A DNA stretch of 32,000 bases from Candidatus Nitrosopumilus koreensis AR1 (GCF_000299365.1 NC_018655.1:480001-512000); one strand, 5' to 3'. Counted from the first letter of the stretch, positions 8,664 to 19,150 are shown. Numbers and translations: made by a program. The notes: generated from the letters alone by a model not told the origin.

Positions 8664-9932
8664 TTATTCAAGTTGAATTTTTGCCCCAACTCTGTTCATC
8701 TCTTCTATGAAATTAGGATAAGAGACCTGAACTGATTCTGGATCTGTTACAGTACAATTTCCAATGTACATTCCAGCAATACAAAACGCCATGAACAATC
8801 TATGATCGTTTTCTGAATTCAGTTCTGCTCCATTAAGAACTTCTGCTGATTCTAAAACTAGTCCATCTTCATTTTCTTGAATTTTAATTCCTAGTTTTGT
8901 TAACTCTCTTGATGTTATTGCAATTCTATCTGTTTCTTTTAATCTTGCATGTTTTACATTGACAATTTCAATTGGTTTTTCTGAATTTAATGCAAGTATT
9001 GCTAATGGCGGTAAGAGATCTGGTGAATTGCTCAAATCAAATCTTCCTCCTCTTAGTTTTTGAGGGGACTTTATTTTGATTTCATCATCATCAATACTTA
9101 CTGTTACTCCTAACTGTTCTAGTATGTCGATGAATACTTCATCACCTTGGGGCAAATTCCCAATATTTCCTTTAATTATCGTTCTATCTCCATTTAATAC
9201 TGCTGCAGATAAAAGTAATGCAAGACTTGAAAAATCAATTGGAACTGTAAATGTTGTTGAATTGTAAACTTGTGGTGAAATATTGTATCTTTTGTATGGA
9301 ATTAATGTTTGTACACTAACTCCAAATTTTCTCATTGTTGCAATTGTTGCATCAAGGTATGGTTTTGATACCAGATTGTCTTTTATTGAAAGGTTGATTC
9401 CTTTCTCAGTTAATGGTGCACTGATTAATAATGCAGAAATAAATTGACTCGAAAAATTTCCTGGAATTGTTACATCTCCTCCCATAATCTTTCCTTTAAT
9501 TTTGATTGGTGGTTTTCCATCAGTTGATTGACATTGTGCGCCTATGCTTGATAATGCATCTAAGAGAGGTTGCATGGGTCTTTTCTTGAGGCTTTCATCT
9601 CCAGTTAGAGTAATCTCTTCTGAAAACAAACTTGCAATCCCTGAGGCTATTCTGATTGTTGTTCCGGAGTTCTCAGTATTAATCTCAGGCACAATTTTAT
9701 CAAATTTTATGGGATTTTTGACAATTATTGATGAATTTTCTGTTTCAATCTCTGCACCAAATCTCTTACATGCTTCAATTGTTGCTCTAGTGTCTGCTGA
9801 TAACAGTACATTTTCCACCTTACTGTTGTTTCCTGCAAGTGATGCCAGAAATATTGCTCTGTGTGTATAGCTCTTATTTGGAGGACAAATTATTTGTCCT
9901 GATATTTTTGATTTCTCTATTTTACACTTCAT
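8664..9932 (-). CDS. aroA: 3-phosphoshikimate 1-carboxyvinyltransferase (EPSP synthase)
   Basis: PPNKSYTHRAIFLASLAG; SGTTIRIASG; RLKETDRIAITSRELTKLG; NDHRLFMAFCIAG. Confidence 0.96.
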   Translation of the reverse strand: MKCKIEKSKISGQIICPPNKSYTHRAIFLASLAGNNSKVENVLLSADTRATIEACKRFGAEIETENSSIIVKNPIKFDKIVPEINTENSGTTIRIASGIASLFSEEITLTGDESLKKRPMQPLLDALSSIGAQCQSTDGKPPIKIKGKIMGGDVTIPGNFSSQFISALLISAPLTEKGINLSIKDNLVSKPYLDATIATMRKFGVSVQTLIPYKRYNISPQVYNSTTFTVPIDFSSLALLLSAAVLNGDRTIIKGNIGNLPQGDEVFIDILEQLGVTVSIDDDEIKIKSPQKLRGGRFDLSNSPDLLPPLAILALNSEKPIEIVNVKHARLKETDRIAITSRELTKLGIKIQENEDGLVLESAEVLNGAELNSENDHRLFMAFCIAGMYIGNCTVTDPESVQVSYPNFIEEMNRVGAKIQLE

Positions 9933-10776
9933 GAACTTCAGCCTTTTTGTTACTGATTTTTGAAATAATGATATTTCCTTCTAATGCTGAAAATGCTTTT
10001 TTGATATTAGATTCATTTTCTTTTTTTGTTATTGCTGCAATTGCTGGACCGTTGCCTGAAACTGATGCACCTAAAGATCCTCTTTCAATCAACTCTGTTA
10101 TAATTTCTGGACTTGAACTTAGAATTGATGCTGTTGCCAATCCATTAATTATCATTGCCTCCCAATAGTTTGTCTTTCTTGCTAAATTCCATGCATGATC
10201 AAAAACTGATGATAATACTTTGAGTTTTTTCAAATTTCCACGTTTTCTATTTTTTGGAATAAAGATTACTGCAATCAAGTTTGATGGGCCTTTCTCATGA
10301 CTTATTCTTTTTTTCTTTGCATTGTCTGTAACGTTAAATCCTCCATAATAACAGGAACATGCATCATCATATGCTCCTGTAATACTTACTTTTGATTCAA
10401 TTGATGCGTCAACTCCTGCAAGTAGAATTTGTTTATCTGTAAATTTTGGCTTGAATATTTTTGCACAGCCTAATGCAACTGCTGATGATATTGCACTTGA
10501 ACTTTTTAATCCATAACCTGTGGGGATTTCTGATTCTAATGTGATTGTAATTTTATTTTGTTCAAGGTCTTTTTTTGAAACGATTTTTTCAACTGTTTTG
10601 TTGATCAAACGAGAACTGAGAGTTTTATTTTCTGATTGAATGACTATTCCTTTTCCGGGAGATGTCTCTATTGTGGCTTCTACTTTAAGATCTATTCCTA
10701 ACGTGGCTCCTTTTTGATTTGCAATTGCATTTACCAGTGAAACTGCTCCGTGAACGGTTGCCTTTACCTTTGCCAT
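9922..10776 (-). CDS. aroK: Archaeal GHMP-type shikimate kinase
   Basis: PTGYGLKSSAAISSAVALG GHMP motif; flanked by aroE and aroA. Confidence 0.9.
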   Translation of the reverse strand: MAKVKATVHGAVSLVNAIANQKGATLGIDLKVEATIETSPGKGIVIQSENKTLSSRLINKTVEKIVSKKDLEQNKITITLESEIPTGYGLKSSSAISSAVALGCAKIFKPKFTDKQILLAGVDASIESKVSITGAYDDACSCYYGGFNVTDNAKKKRISHEKGPSNLIAVIFIPKNRKRGNLKKLKVLSSVFDHAWNLARKTNYWEAMIINGLATASILSSSPEIITELIERGSLGASVSGNGPAIAAITKKENESNIKKAFSALEGNIIISKISNKKAEVHEV

Positions 10777-11597
10777 CAGACTCCTCCTAACAGTGCTTTT
10801 TTCATGGCATTATAAGGTGCTTCCATACCGTGCCAAATCTCAAATGCTCTTGCTGCCTGACCTAGCAACATCTCATATCCAAAAATAACAATAGCGTTTT
10901 TTTCTTTTGCTTTTTTTAGAAAGTCTGTATGCATTGGCATGTATACGATATCATAAACAACTGTCTCTTTATCAATACCTTCAAGCGAAATTGGACTAGA
11001 TTCATTTTTGAGTCCTATTGATGTTGCATTGACAATAATGTTATAATTTTTTGCAGATTCTCCAACTTTATCAACAGTTATGGCATTTGCACTAAGACTA
11101 ATCTTTTGTGCAAATTCTACCAAACTGTTTGCTTTTTCTATTGTTCTGTTTGCTATTGTAATGCTTTTTGCTTTTTCTTTTGCAAAGCCTGCCACTATTG
11201 CTCTAGCGGCTCCACCTGCTCCCAGCAAAAGCACATTTGAATTTGCAATGTCTACATTTCTTTTCTTTAATGGTTCTAGAAAACCATCCATGTCTGTATT
11301 GTATCCTTTCAGTATGCCATCGTTGTTTACAACTGTGTTTACTGCACCAATCAAACTGCAAGACTCATCAATTTTATCCAAATATTTCATCATCTCAACT
11401 TTGTGTGGGATGGTAACGTTGAATCCGTTGATTTTAATTTTTTTTAACCCCTCGATTCCTTCTCCTAACTCTTCTTTTGGAATTCTATATGCAATGTATG
11501 AACAATCAAGGTTTAGTTCTCTGAATGCAGCACTGTGAATGTTCGGAGATAAGGAATGATCAATTGGATCCCCTATAACTGCAAATGTTTTCCCCAT
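10776..11597 (-). CDS. aroE: Shikimate dehydrogenase
   Basis: GDPIDHSLSPNIHSAAFRELNLD; GFNVTIPHK; LLGAGGAARAI; NATSIGL. Confidence 0.96.
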   Translation of the reverse strand: MGKTFAVIGDPIDHSLSPNIHSAAFRELNLDCSYIAYRIPKEELGEGIEGLKKIKINGFNVTIPHKVEMMKYLDKIDESCSLIGAVNTVVNNDGILKGYNTDMDGFLEPLKKRNVDIANSNVLLLGAGGAARAIVAGFAKEKAKSITIANRTIEKANSLVEFAQKISLSANAITVDKVGESAKNYNIIVNATSIGLKNESSPISLEGIDKETVVYDIVYMPMHTDFLKKAKEKNAIVIFGYEMLLGQAARAFEIWHGMEAPYNAMKKALLGGV

Positions 11598-11646
11598 ATT
11601 ATCTTCGAGTAGTATGATTGATTTAAACTCTCAATTAGTCAAAAGG

Positions 11647-12318
11647 TTATTTTTTCAAGTTTGTTATTTTATTTACTTCATCAACACTGAATTGACCTGG
11701 AGCAACTGCTTTTCCTAAGGAGACGTACGTGTATGGACTGCCCAAATATAGGCATAAAATTCTTGAAATCCTACCGTAATCGCCCATGGCAAATGAGATT
11801 AGATTATTTTTGCCTTTCTTACTGTATAACTCCAGTATCCTTGTAGAGTCATCAGTTGATTTTGCAGTACTGACAATCTTTACAAAATTTGAGAATTTGC
11901 TCATTTGATTTAACTTCTTTTTTAATTCTGCAGAGTTGGGAGTTTTCTTAAAGTCGTGCCAAGAAACAAGTAATTTTGTTTTAGTTGATTTTAGATATTT
12001 GACTAGTGATGTATTTCTTTTCAGAGTGTTGAACTCTACATCTAGTAAAAATGGGTTGTACTCTGCAATTAATTTTATTATTGAAATTCTCTCTTTTTCA
12101 TTTCCTGAAAACTGTCCTCCTTCTGTTTTTGGTCTTAGTGTACATACTGATTTTTTCAAATCTTTTTTAATTAGTTCTAGTGTTTGTGGAATTTGTTCCA
12201 TTTTTAGAAAATCAAATCTTATCTCAACAAAGTCTGATTTCTTTAAAGCTGTCTTTAGTGTCTGTTTGACTTTGTTAGGTGTCTTTTCTGCAATGGATAC
12301 ACAAGTCTTGTATTTCAT
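11647..12318 (-). CDS. aroD: 3-dehydroquinate dehydratase, type I
   Basis: CVSIAEKTPN...FVEIRFDFL; VSWHDFKKTP; FVKIVSTA; GQFSVDE. Confidence 0.92.
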   Translation of the reverse strand: MKYKTCVSIAEKTPNKVKQTLKTALKKSDFVEIRFDFLKMEQIPQTLELIKKDLKKSVCTLRPKTEGGQFSGNEKERISIIKLIAEYNPFLLDVEFNTLKRNTSLVKYLKSTKTKLLVSWHDFKKTPNSAELKKKLNQMSKFSNFVKIVSTAKSTDDSTRILELYSKKGKNNLISFAMGDYGRISRILCLYLGSPYTYVSLGKAVAPGQFSVDEVNKITNLKK

Positions 12319-12319
12319 T

Positions 12320-13381
12320 TTATTTTTCTAAAATGTATTCGTCTGAAACTTCCATGCCAAAATGTCTACCTGTAGCAGGTTTTGAATGAACCATAACAGT
12401 ATCTCCTTTCTTAAGATGTGTAACTGATACTAGTTGTCCATTTGGTTTTACAAAACGAATTGTCTCTGCATCTTGTGCAATAATTCCGCCTATCTCATTT
12501 CCTGCTTTTGCTTTTATCATTAACATTGGTCTTCTTTCAATCTTTGATCTTCCTACAGTTGCTCGTCTTGCCTTTCCTTTGGAATTTAGAATTAATACTT
12601 CTGAGCCTGTTTCTACTTCTGAGAGATAGTTGGTTGTACCGTCTGGAGATAATGTGTAACAATGTACTGCCCCTGCATTGACTCTAAATGGTCTTGGTGA
12701 TGTAAATGACGAACCCACTGATTCATTATGTACCAAAAACAAAAAGTTTGATCTGCTTCCAATCAACATCCCTTCTCCTTTGTGAAGTATTGATGCAGTA
12801 TCTACGCAAACTCTCTCGCCGTCTCCCACTTCTTTGATGTCAATAATCTTTGCAGGTTTCATGTCAAAACTTCTGGTTCCCAGGTAGACCATTGCTTCTC
12901 TAACTTCATTAATTGATGATGTACTGAAAATCACTCCATCTACTCCTACTTCTAGAATTGAGAACATCTTTCTTACTTCTTCAGGTGTTCTTGCAATCGC
13001 AAAAATTTTGGTGTGAATCTTGTGAAGTTTTGCAATAATATTCTCTAATGGAATAATTTTCCAGTCTTTAACTTCTACGACTACAAAATCTAATCCTTTT
13101 TTTGCAATAGATAAGATATTTTCAATGTCTGTATTTGATAACACTTGGAATTTTCTTCCAACTTTCTTTCCCTTTGGTTTTGATGCATTCTCTTTTTCAA
13201 GAACAACATAATTGGCATTGCTTGATGGATAGACAGTTTGTAATTTTGATTTTTTCTTACCAAGTTTTTTTGGGTCAAGGTAAACCATTTTGATTCCTTC
13301 ATCTTCTAACTGAGGCAAAAGTTTGGATAATTGTGCCTGTGAGCCTTTAGGGGAGATAATTAATTCTCTACTTTTACTCAA
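12320..13381 (-). CDS. 3-dehydroquinate synthase II (archaeal type)
   Basis: [63 protein letters not shown]...[13 protein letters not shown]. Confidence 0.94.
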   Translation of the reverse strand: MSKSRELIISPKGSQAQLSKLLPQLEDEGIKMVYLDPKKLGKKKSKLQTVYPSSNANYVVLEKENASKPKGKKVGRKFQVLSNTDIENILSIAKKGLDFVVVEVKDWKIIPLENIIAKLHKIHTKIFAIARTPEEVRKMFSILEVGVDGVIFSTSSINEVREAMVYLGTRSFDMKPAKIIDIKEVGDGERVCVDTASILHKGEGMLIGSRSNFLFLVHNESVGSSFTSPRPFRVNAGAVHCYTLSPDGTTNYLSEVETGSEVLILNSKGKARRATVGRSKIERRPMLMIKAKAGNEIGGIIAQDAETIRFVKPNGQLVSVTHLKKGDTVMVHSKPATGRHFGMEVSDEYILEK

Positions 13382-14156
13382 TTTTCTTCATTGCTTCCTT
13401 TGCTGTACCTTTTCTGAAAATTATTTCAGCTAATGCTTCTACCATTTTTTCAGGTGCTTTATGTGCAAAGATATTTCTTCCATATGTGACACCTTTTGCT
13501 CCTGCAGTCATGGCGTCTTCAGTCATCTGTAAAATATCTAAATCTGTTTTTGCTTTTGGCCCTCCTGCAATTACAATTGGAACTGGTGTACTCTTTACAA
13601 CTTTTGCAAATGAATCAATGTCTCCTGTGTATAATGTCTTGACAATATCTGCACCACATTCTGCACCAATCCTTGCAACATGTGCAACAATTTCAGGATC
13701 ATGCGGATCTTTGATGTTCTCTCCTCTTGGATACATCATTGCTAAAAGTGGCATGCCCCATCTGTGACATTGATCAGCAGTTAACCCTAACTGCTCTAAC
13801 ATTTCTGGTTCTTCTTTTCCTCCAATGTTGATATGCAATGAAACTCCGTCTGCTCCTAATGCAACAGCTTCTTTTACAGTACCTATGAGCATTTTTCGAT
13901 TAGGTGATAATGATAATGCTGTACTGCTTGAAAAATGAACTAAAATTCCAACTTTGGTTGGTTTTGGTAATGATTTGATAATTCCTTTGTTAATTATTAC
14001 ACTTGTAAGGCCATGACCTTCACATTTGTAAATTGTTGATGCTGGGTCTTCAAGACCCTCAATAGGTCCGTTTGAAATCCCGTGATCCATTGGAATGCAT
14101 AACATCTTTCCTTTTCTAAGAATTCGATTAAGTCTAATCTGATTACCAGATACCAT
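13374..14156 (-). CDS. 2-amino-3,7-dideoxy-D-threo-hept-6-ulosonate synthase / class I archaeal FBP aldolase family
   Basis: [19 protein letters not shown]; [11 protein letters not shown]; [10 protein letters not shown]; GVTYGRNIF; next to DHQ synthase II. Confidence 0.93.
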   Translation of the reverse strand: MVSGNQIRLNRILRKGKMLCIPMDHGISNGPIEGLEDPASTIYKCEGHGLTSVIINKGIIKSLPKPTKVGILVHFSSSTALSLSPNRKMLIGTVKEAVALGADGVSLHINIGGKEEPEMLEQLGLTADQCHRWGMPLLAMMYPRGENIKDPHDPEIVAHVARIGAECGADIVKTLYTGDIDSFAKVVKSTPVPIVIAGGPKAKTDLDILQMTEDAMTAGAKGVTYGRNIFAHKAPEKMVEALAEIIFRKGTAKEAMKKIE

Positions 14157-14291
14157 GAGTTGATCTCCTTTTCGTGCCCTACTTAAAAATAACGTGAATA
14201 CTCAATCTCAAATTCATTAAGATTTGAGCACAAACCCTCAATTGTTTTTTCTATCAAGGATTAAATAGAAATTCCAAAGGATCAAAGACAA

Positions 14292-15410
14292 TTGAGTCAG
14301 ACAACTGAGCAACTACAAAAAAGCGACATTAAAGACATTTTGGAAAATTCTCTAAATGGAAAAAGACCTAATCCTGAAGATTGTATGAGATTATTGGAAT
14401 CTGATGATGTTCATCTGATGGGGCTTGTGTCTGGTCATTTAACAAGAAAACAATTTGGAAAAAAAGCATCTTTTGTAAATAACATAATTTTGAATTATAC
14501 TAACGTCTGTATTACTGATTGTAAGTTTTGTGCATTCTACAGATCACCTGGGGCTGATGATTCTTACACACTAACATTGGATCAAATTGAATCTCGAGTT
14601 AAAACTGCATGGGACATGTTTAAGATTCGTCAAGTGTTAATTCAAGGAGGACATAACCCAAATCTGAAAATTGAATATTATGAAGATGCATTTAGAATGA
14701 TCAGAGAAAAATTTCCCAAAGTTGGGGTTCATGGACTATCCACATCTGAAATCGACATGATTGCAAGAGTTGAAAAATCATCAACTAAGGAAGTTTTATC
14801 CAGACTCAAAGACGCAGGTCTACAATCTATGCCGGGGGCAGGAGCTGAGATCTTAACTGACTCTGTCAAAGAAATCATCAGTCCAAAGAAAATTTCTAGT
14901 GATGATTGGATTAGAATCATGGATGAAGCTCATTCTCTTGGAATTCCTTCTTCTGCAACAATGATGTATGGACATGTGGAAAACAAAAATGATGTTGTTG
15001 AACACTTTTTCAAACTTGTAAAACTACAAGAAAAAACCAAAGGATTCATGGCATTTATTCCATGGAACTTTGAACCAAATAATACTCTGATGCATAAAGA
15101 AGGACTTGTAGAATATGGGACAGGCGGAATTCAACTCTTAAAGATGATTGCTATATCTAGATTGATTTTTGATGGTCTTATTCCACATATTCAATCCTCA
15201 TGGCTGACAAATGGTATTGGCATGGCACAACTTGCTTTGCAGTATGGCGCAGATGACTTTGGCGGAACCTTGATTGGAGAAGAAGTAGTTTCTTGTACTG
15301 GAGCGCGCTCAACCGAACTTACAGATAAAATAATTATTGACGCAATTCATCAAATTGGTTACTCTGTAGAAGAGAGAGATAATTTCTATAACCCTGTCTC
15401 AGTATTATAA
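14292..15410 (+). CDS. mqnC: Radical SAM enzyme of the MqnC/MqnE/CofH family, closest in motif to MqnC (dehypoxanthine futalosine cyclase)
   Basis: NYTNVCITDCKFCAFYR CxxxCxxC; QGGHNPNLKIEYYED; SMPGAGAEIL; ATMMYGHVE; FIPWNFEPNNT. TTG start with TTAAATA box about 26 nt upstream. Confidence 0.82.
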   Translation: MSQTTEQLQKSDIKDILENSLNGKRPNPEDCMRLLESDDVHLMGLVSGHLTRKQFGKKASFVNNIILNYTNVCITDCKFCAFYRSPGADDSYTLTLDQIESRVKTAWDMFKIRQVLIQGGHNPNLKIEYYEDAFRMIREKFPKVGVHGLSTSEIDMIARVEKSSTKEVLSRLKDAGLQSMPGAGAEILTDSVKEIISPKKISSDDWIRIMDEAHSLGIPSSATMMYGHVENKNDVVEHFFKLVKLQEKTKGFMAFIPWNFEPNNTLMHKEGLVEYGTGGIQLLKMIAISRLIFDGLIPHIQSSWLTNGIGMAQLALQYGADDFGGTLIGEEVVSCTGARSTELTDKIIIDAIHQIGYSVEERDNFYNPVSVL

Positions 15411-16847
15411 CCCATAATCAGACCATTTAGAATCTACTAGATTTTTTGTTTCATCATCAACTTTTACTTGTTGCTGGATTTCTCTATTGTATCCTTCTTC
15501 CTTTGTTTTTTGTGTGGCATCAATTCCCATCTTTGAACCCAAGTTGACAAGTGGTGAAGCTGGATCTAATGTATCTGTTGGAGCATTGTTGATTATTGTG
15601 GTGTCTCTTGCTGCATCTGCTCTAGTTGTAATTGCCCAAATCACATCGTTGATATCGTGAACGTTGATGTCTTCATCTACCACAACAAACATCTTTGTTA
15701 ATGATAGCTGTCCCATTCCCCATAAACCCATCATCACTTTTTTTGCTTGACCTGGATACCTCTTTTTGATTGAAATTATTGCAAATCCTTGGAACCATCC
15801 AGCTGCTGGCATGCTAAAGTCAACTACCTCTGGATGAAACATCTGAATTAGCGGCAAAAATGAACGCTCAATAACTTTTCCAATATATGCATCTTCCAAG
15901 ATTGGTTTTCCGACCACCGTTGTAACGTATACTGGATCTTTTCTTCTCATTATTCCTGTCAGTGTAAATGTTGGATATGGTTCTACTGGAGTATAGTATC
16001 CTGTATGATCTCCAAATGGACCTTCATCTCTAATGTCTGATGGATCAACATATCCTTCTAAAACAATTTCAGCATTTGCTGGAACATCCAAATCAATTGT
16101 TTTACATTTCACAGTTTTGATTCCTTCTTTTCTTGTAATTCCTGCAAACAAGTATTTGTCTAGTCCTTCTGGAACTGGTGCAATTGATGAAAATACTGTT
16201 GCAGGCTCGCCTCCAATAATTATTGCAGTTGGGATTTTCTCTCCTCTGTCTTTTGAGATGTCTCCATGATGTGCACCTCTCTTGTGTTTTTGCCAATGCA
16301 TTAATGCATGTGTTTTATCAACTATTTGCATTCTGTAAACTCCTAAATTTCTAACTCCTGTTTCTGGATGTTTTGTAGCTACCATCCCTAACGTGATAAA
16401 TTGCCCTGCATCATTTGGCCAAGATTTTAGAATCGGTAAATCGTCAAACGATGCATCAGTTGATGTGATCTCTGTTACTGGCCCACTAACTTCTGATTTT
16501 GGAAATGATGCAGTCATCTTTGAGAGTTCTGGAAGTTTTTTTATTTTGTTTAACAATCCTGATGGAACATCCATCTTTGTCATGTCGGCAATACGTTTAC
16601 CAATTTCAGTAAAATCTGTCATTTCAAGTCCAATCTCTAATCTTTTCATAGAACCAAACGCATTTCCCAAAACGGGCATATCGTAATCTTTTACGTTTTC
16701 AAAAAGAATCGCAGGTCCATCTGAATACATCTCTCTTCTCATAATTTCTGCAATCTCTAAATTCGAATCAACTTCTGTTTGTACTCTCTTCAATTCTCCA
16801 TTTTTTTCAAGCTCTGAAATGAACTCGTGGATGTCTTCTATTGGCAC
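15405..16847 (-). CDS. ubiD: UbiD-family decarboxylase
   Basis: YRMQIVDKTHALMHWQKHKRGAHH; ITRKEGIKTVKCKTIDLDVPANAEIVLEGYVDP...GPFGDHTGYYTP; NAPTDTLDPA. Confidence 0.93.
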   Translation of the reverse strand: MPIEDIHEFISELEKNGELKRVQTEVDSNLEIAEIMRREMYSDGPAILFENVKDYDMPVLGNAFGSMKRLEIGLEMTDFTEIGKRIADMTKMDVPSGLLNKIKKLPELSKMTASFPKSEVSGPVTEITSTDASFDDLPILKSWPNDAGQFITLGMVATKHPETGVRNLGVYRMQIVDKTHALMHWQKHKRGAHHGDISKDRGEKIPTAIIIGGEPATVFSSIAPVPEGLDKYLFAGITRKEGIKTVKCKTIDLDVPANAEIVLEGYVDPSDIRDEGPFGDHTGYYTPVEPYPTFTLTGIMRRKDPVYVTTVVGKPILEDAYIGKVIERSFLPLIQMFHPEVVDFSMPAAGWFQGFAIISIKKRYPGQAKKVMMGLWGMGQLSLTKMFVVVDEDINVHDINDVIWAITTRADAARDTTIINNAPTDTLDPASPLVNLGSKMGIDATQKTKEEGYNREIQQQVKVDDETKNLVDSKWSDYGL

Positions 16848-16920
16848 ATTAATTCTGAATACGGTTCAAGTATAAGCTTAACTAGATTTGTATTTGAATT
16901 CGTACTTGAAAACACTTTCT

Positions 16921-17334
16921 CTACATTGGTGGAAGTTCTGTTTTTTTATCGTGTCCACCAGAGCCAAATTTACAGTAAAAGCACAATTCTGATTCCATGT
17001 ATTTTAGCTGCTCTACTTGTATTGCTCCAAGTTTTAATGCAATCTTTGTTAGAATTTTGTATTTTAATGGCATTGCAGGGATCACCTCATCCATGTATAC
17101 TCTGTAGTGATCTGGGCAAAACTTGAGAGTGACTTTGGCTGGTTCTTTGCCCTTTTCGTTCACTTGCTTTGTAAAATTGATCTGTTCTCTGATGTATTCG
17201 TGTTTTGGGCATGGACAGTCTTTGCCTCCTGGATGTTTGTATGCAGGAGTATTTTTCCAGTCAAATTCTGGAAATTCTTTCTCAAAGTCATCCATGAGAT
17301 CAGTTAGTAATTTGTGCTTATAAAACTTGATCAA
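16921..17334 (-). CDS. Conserved hypothetical Cys/His-rich protein (137 aa)
   Basis: Full ORF; CPCPKH, CPDH and CFYC elements. Confidence 0.65.
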   Translation of the reverse strand: MIKFYKHKLLTDLMDDFEKEFPEFDWKNTPAYKHPGGKDCPCPKHEYIREQINFTKQVNEKGKEPAKVTLKFCPDHYRVYMDEVIPAMPLKYKILTKIALKLGAIQVEQLKYMESELCFYCKFGSGGHDKKTELPPM

Positions 17335-17391
17335 ATTTGTGTATGGTAATAACCCAAATGCTCATAAACCCCGGATTATTCATCCTGATTA

Positions 17392-17857
17392 ATGGCAGCT
17401 GCTAAAAAGCAAACTAAAAAAGATCTTGAAGACAAGATTGCCGAATTAGAAGCAAAACTAAATTCACTTTCGTCTCAACTATCAAAACCAGCTGAGACAA
17501 AACCTGCTGAAACTAAACCAGCTGAGACAAAACCTGCTGAAACTTCCTCCACCTCCAGAACCTCCAAAGCCTTCTGGTACACTTCCAAAAGGAACGGCTG
17601 ATGCACCTCAAACTACTACAAGTAGTGGGGATGGAAAATCAAGACAAGAACAGCTAGAAGAGTACGAAAAAGATTACTTGCAACGAATTGAACAAGAAAA
17701 AGCAGAACGTGAACAAGCTTATCAAGAAGCACTTCAAGCAGAAGTGGAATCAAGAGCTAAACAAACACGTGGCAGCTTACCAAAAGGTTTTGAACCAAAA
17801 CCTGAACCAAAACCTGAACCTGCAAAATCAAAAGGTACACTTCCAAAAGGTTTCTGA
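17392..17857 (+). pseudogene. Frameshifted repeat-rich protein: N-part in one frame (to 17601), remainder in the +1 frame to TGA 17855-17857
   Basis: MAAAKKQTKKDLEDKIAELEAKLNSLSSQLSK(PAETK)n then PPPPEPPKPSGTLPKGTADAPQTTTSSGDGKSRQEQLEEYEKDYLQRIEQEKAEREQAYQEALQAEVESRAKQTRGSLPKGFEPKPEPKPEPAKSKGTLPKGF* in the shifted frame; removing one base near 17544-17545 restores one continuous ORF. Confidence 0.75.
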
Positions 17858-17879
17858 CCTTTCACCTTTTTACTTTATT

Positions 17880-18344
17880 TTATTCTAAATTTTTAAAATC
17901 ATCAAACACTTGTTTTGAATGACCTGCTGGTTTTACTTTTGGATATATTTTGAAAATTTTTCCTTTTTCATCAACGAGAAAGGTACTTCTCATGACTCCC
18001 ATGTATTCTCTGCCCATGAATTTCTTCTTGCCCCATACCCCAAACATCTTTGACACTTTTTTATCTACGTCTGCTAAGAGTGGGTACTTGATTTTCATCT
18101 TTTCGCAGAATTTTTTATGAGAATCAACATCATCTGGACTAATACCAATAATCTCGATTTCTTCTTTTTGGAATTTTTTATAGTCTTTTGAGAATTCGTC
18201 TGCTTCTGTAGTGCATCCTGGGGTGAAGTCTTTTGGATAAAAGTAGATGGCATGTTTTTTGCCTTTAAAATCTGAAGATTTTACCTTATTTCCATTGGCA
18301 TCATTTATCTCAAACTTTGGAACAGAATCCCCCTCTGAAATCAT
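17880..18344 (-). CDS. bcp: Peroxiredoxin, Bcp/PrxQ type
   Basis: KHAIYFYPKDFTPGCTTEADEFSKDY (peroxidatic Cys). Confidence 0.93.
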   Translation of the reverse strand: MISEGDSVPKFEINDANGNKVKSSDFKGKKHAIYFYPKDFTPGCTTEADEFSKDYKKFQKEEIEIIGISPDDVDSHKKFCEKMKIKYPLLADVDKKVSKMFGVWGKKKFMGREYMGVMRSTFLVDEKGKIFKIYPKVKPAGHSKQVFDDFKNLE

Positions 18345-18445
18345 ATGTTTTCAAACAAATGAACCTGTAATTAATTACTTTTTGATCTTAACTGATCACT
18401 TTTAGTCCGAATCTTTTATATGGAAATTGGCGGGGCTTTTGCTTA

Positions 18446-19150
18446 ATGGTTAATCCAAGAGCGTACCTTGCTGAAGCAATCTCTACATATGGATTGGTAT
18501 TTTTCGGTCCTCTTTCAGTAATTTTGGCAATTGCATCATTTGGCGAGGAATTGACAACGATGTCTGTACTATTCATTTCTCTTGGACACGGTGGTGCAAT
18601 CGCTTTGATGATCTATGCATTTGGTCATGTGTCTGGTGCTCACATTAACCCAGCAGTTACGATTCCTATGATGATTACAAGAAAGATTGGAATTGCAGAT
18701 GGAATTGGTTATATTATTTCACAATTAATTGGTGCTGTAGCAGCTGCTGCAACACTCAAAGCAATCTTGCCAGAACTTGGAGCTAAAGTAAACTTTGCAA
18801 CTCAAGGTGGACCAAGCGATTTAATCAATAACAGTATTGGTTCAGGTTTTGCAATTGAGGCCATCTTGACATTCTTCTTAGTTACTGTTATCTTCATGAG
18901 TGCTGTTCACAAGAAAGCATCTCCTGGATGGCATGGATTTACCATTGGTGGTATGGTCTTTTTGATTCACCTGATTGCCGTTCCATTGACTGGTGCATCA
19001 GTAAACCCTGCAAGAACATTTGGTCCTGCACTAATTTCTGGATTCTGGGAATTCCATTGGTTGTATTGGGCAGCTCCAATTCTAGGTGGTATTATTGCTG
19101 GTTTGATAATGAATTATGTCTTTGTCAAACAAGCAGAACAAGAAGCATAA
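18446..19150 (+). CDS. MIP-family channel (aquaporin/glycerol facilitator)
   Basis: Two NPA motifs: GHVSGAHINPAVT and GASVNPARTFGPAL. Confidence 0.95.
   Translation: MVNPRAYLAEAISTYGLVFFGPLSVILAIASFGEELTTMSVLFISLGHGGAIALMIYAFGHVSGAHINPAVTIPMMITRKIGIADGIGYIISQLIGAVAAAATLKAILPELGAKVNFATQGGPSDLINNSIGSGFAIEAILTFFLVTVIFMSAVHKKASPGWHGFTIGGMVFLIHLIAVPLTGASVNPARTFGPALISGFWEFHWLYWAAPILGGIIAGLIMNYVFVKQAEQEA

Noticed and set aside
13090-13302. Minus-strand 70-aa ORF inside the DHQ synthase II gene
   Set aside because: Same strand but alternate frame of a well-supported gene, no domain signal.
17688-17888. Plus-strand 66-aa ORF MNKKKQNVNKLIKK...
   Set aside because: Out-of-frame translation of the 3' half of the frameshifted repeat protein; the other frame has the LPKG and KPEP repeats.
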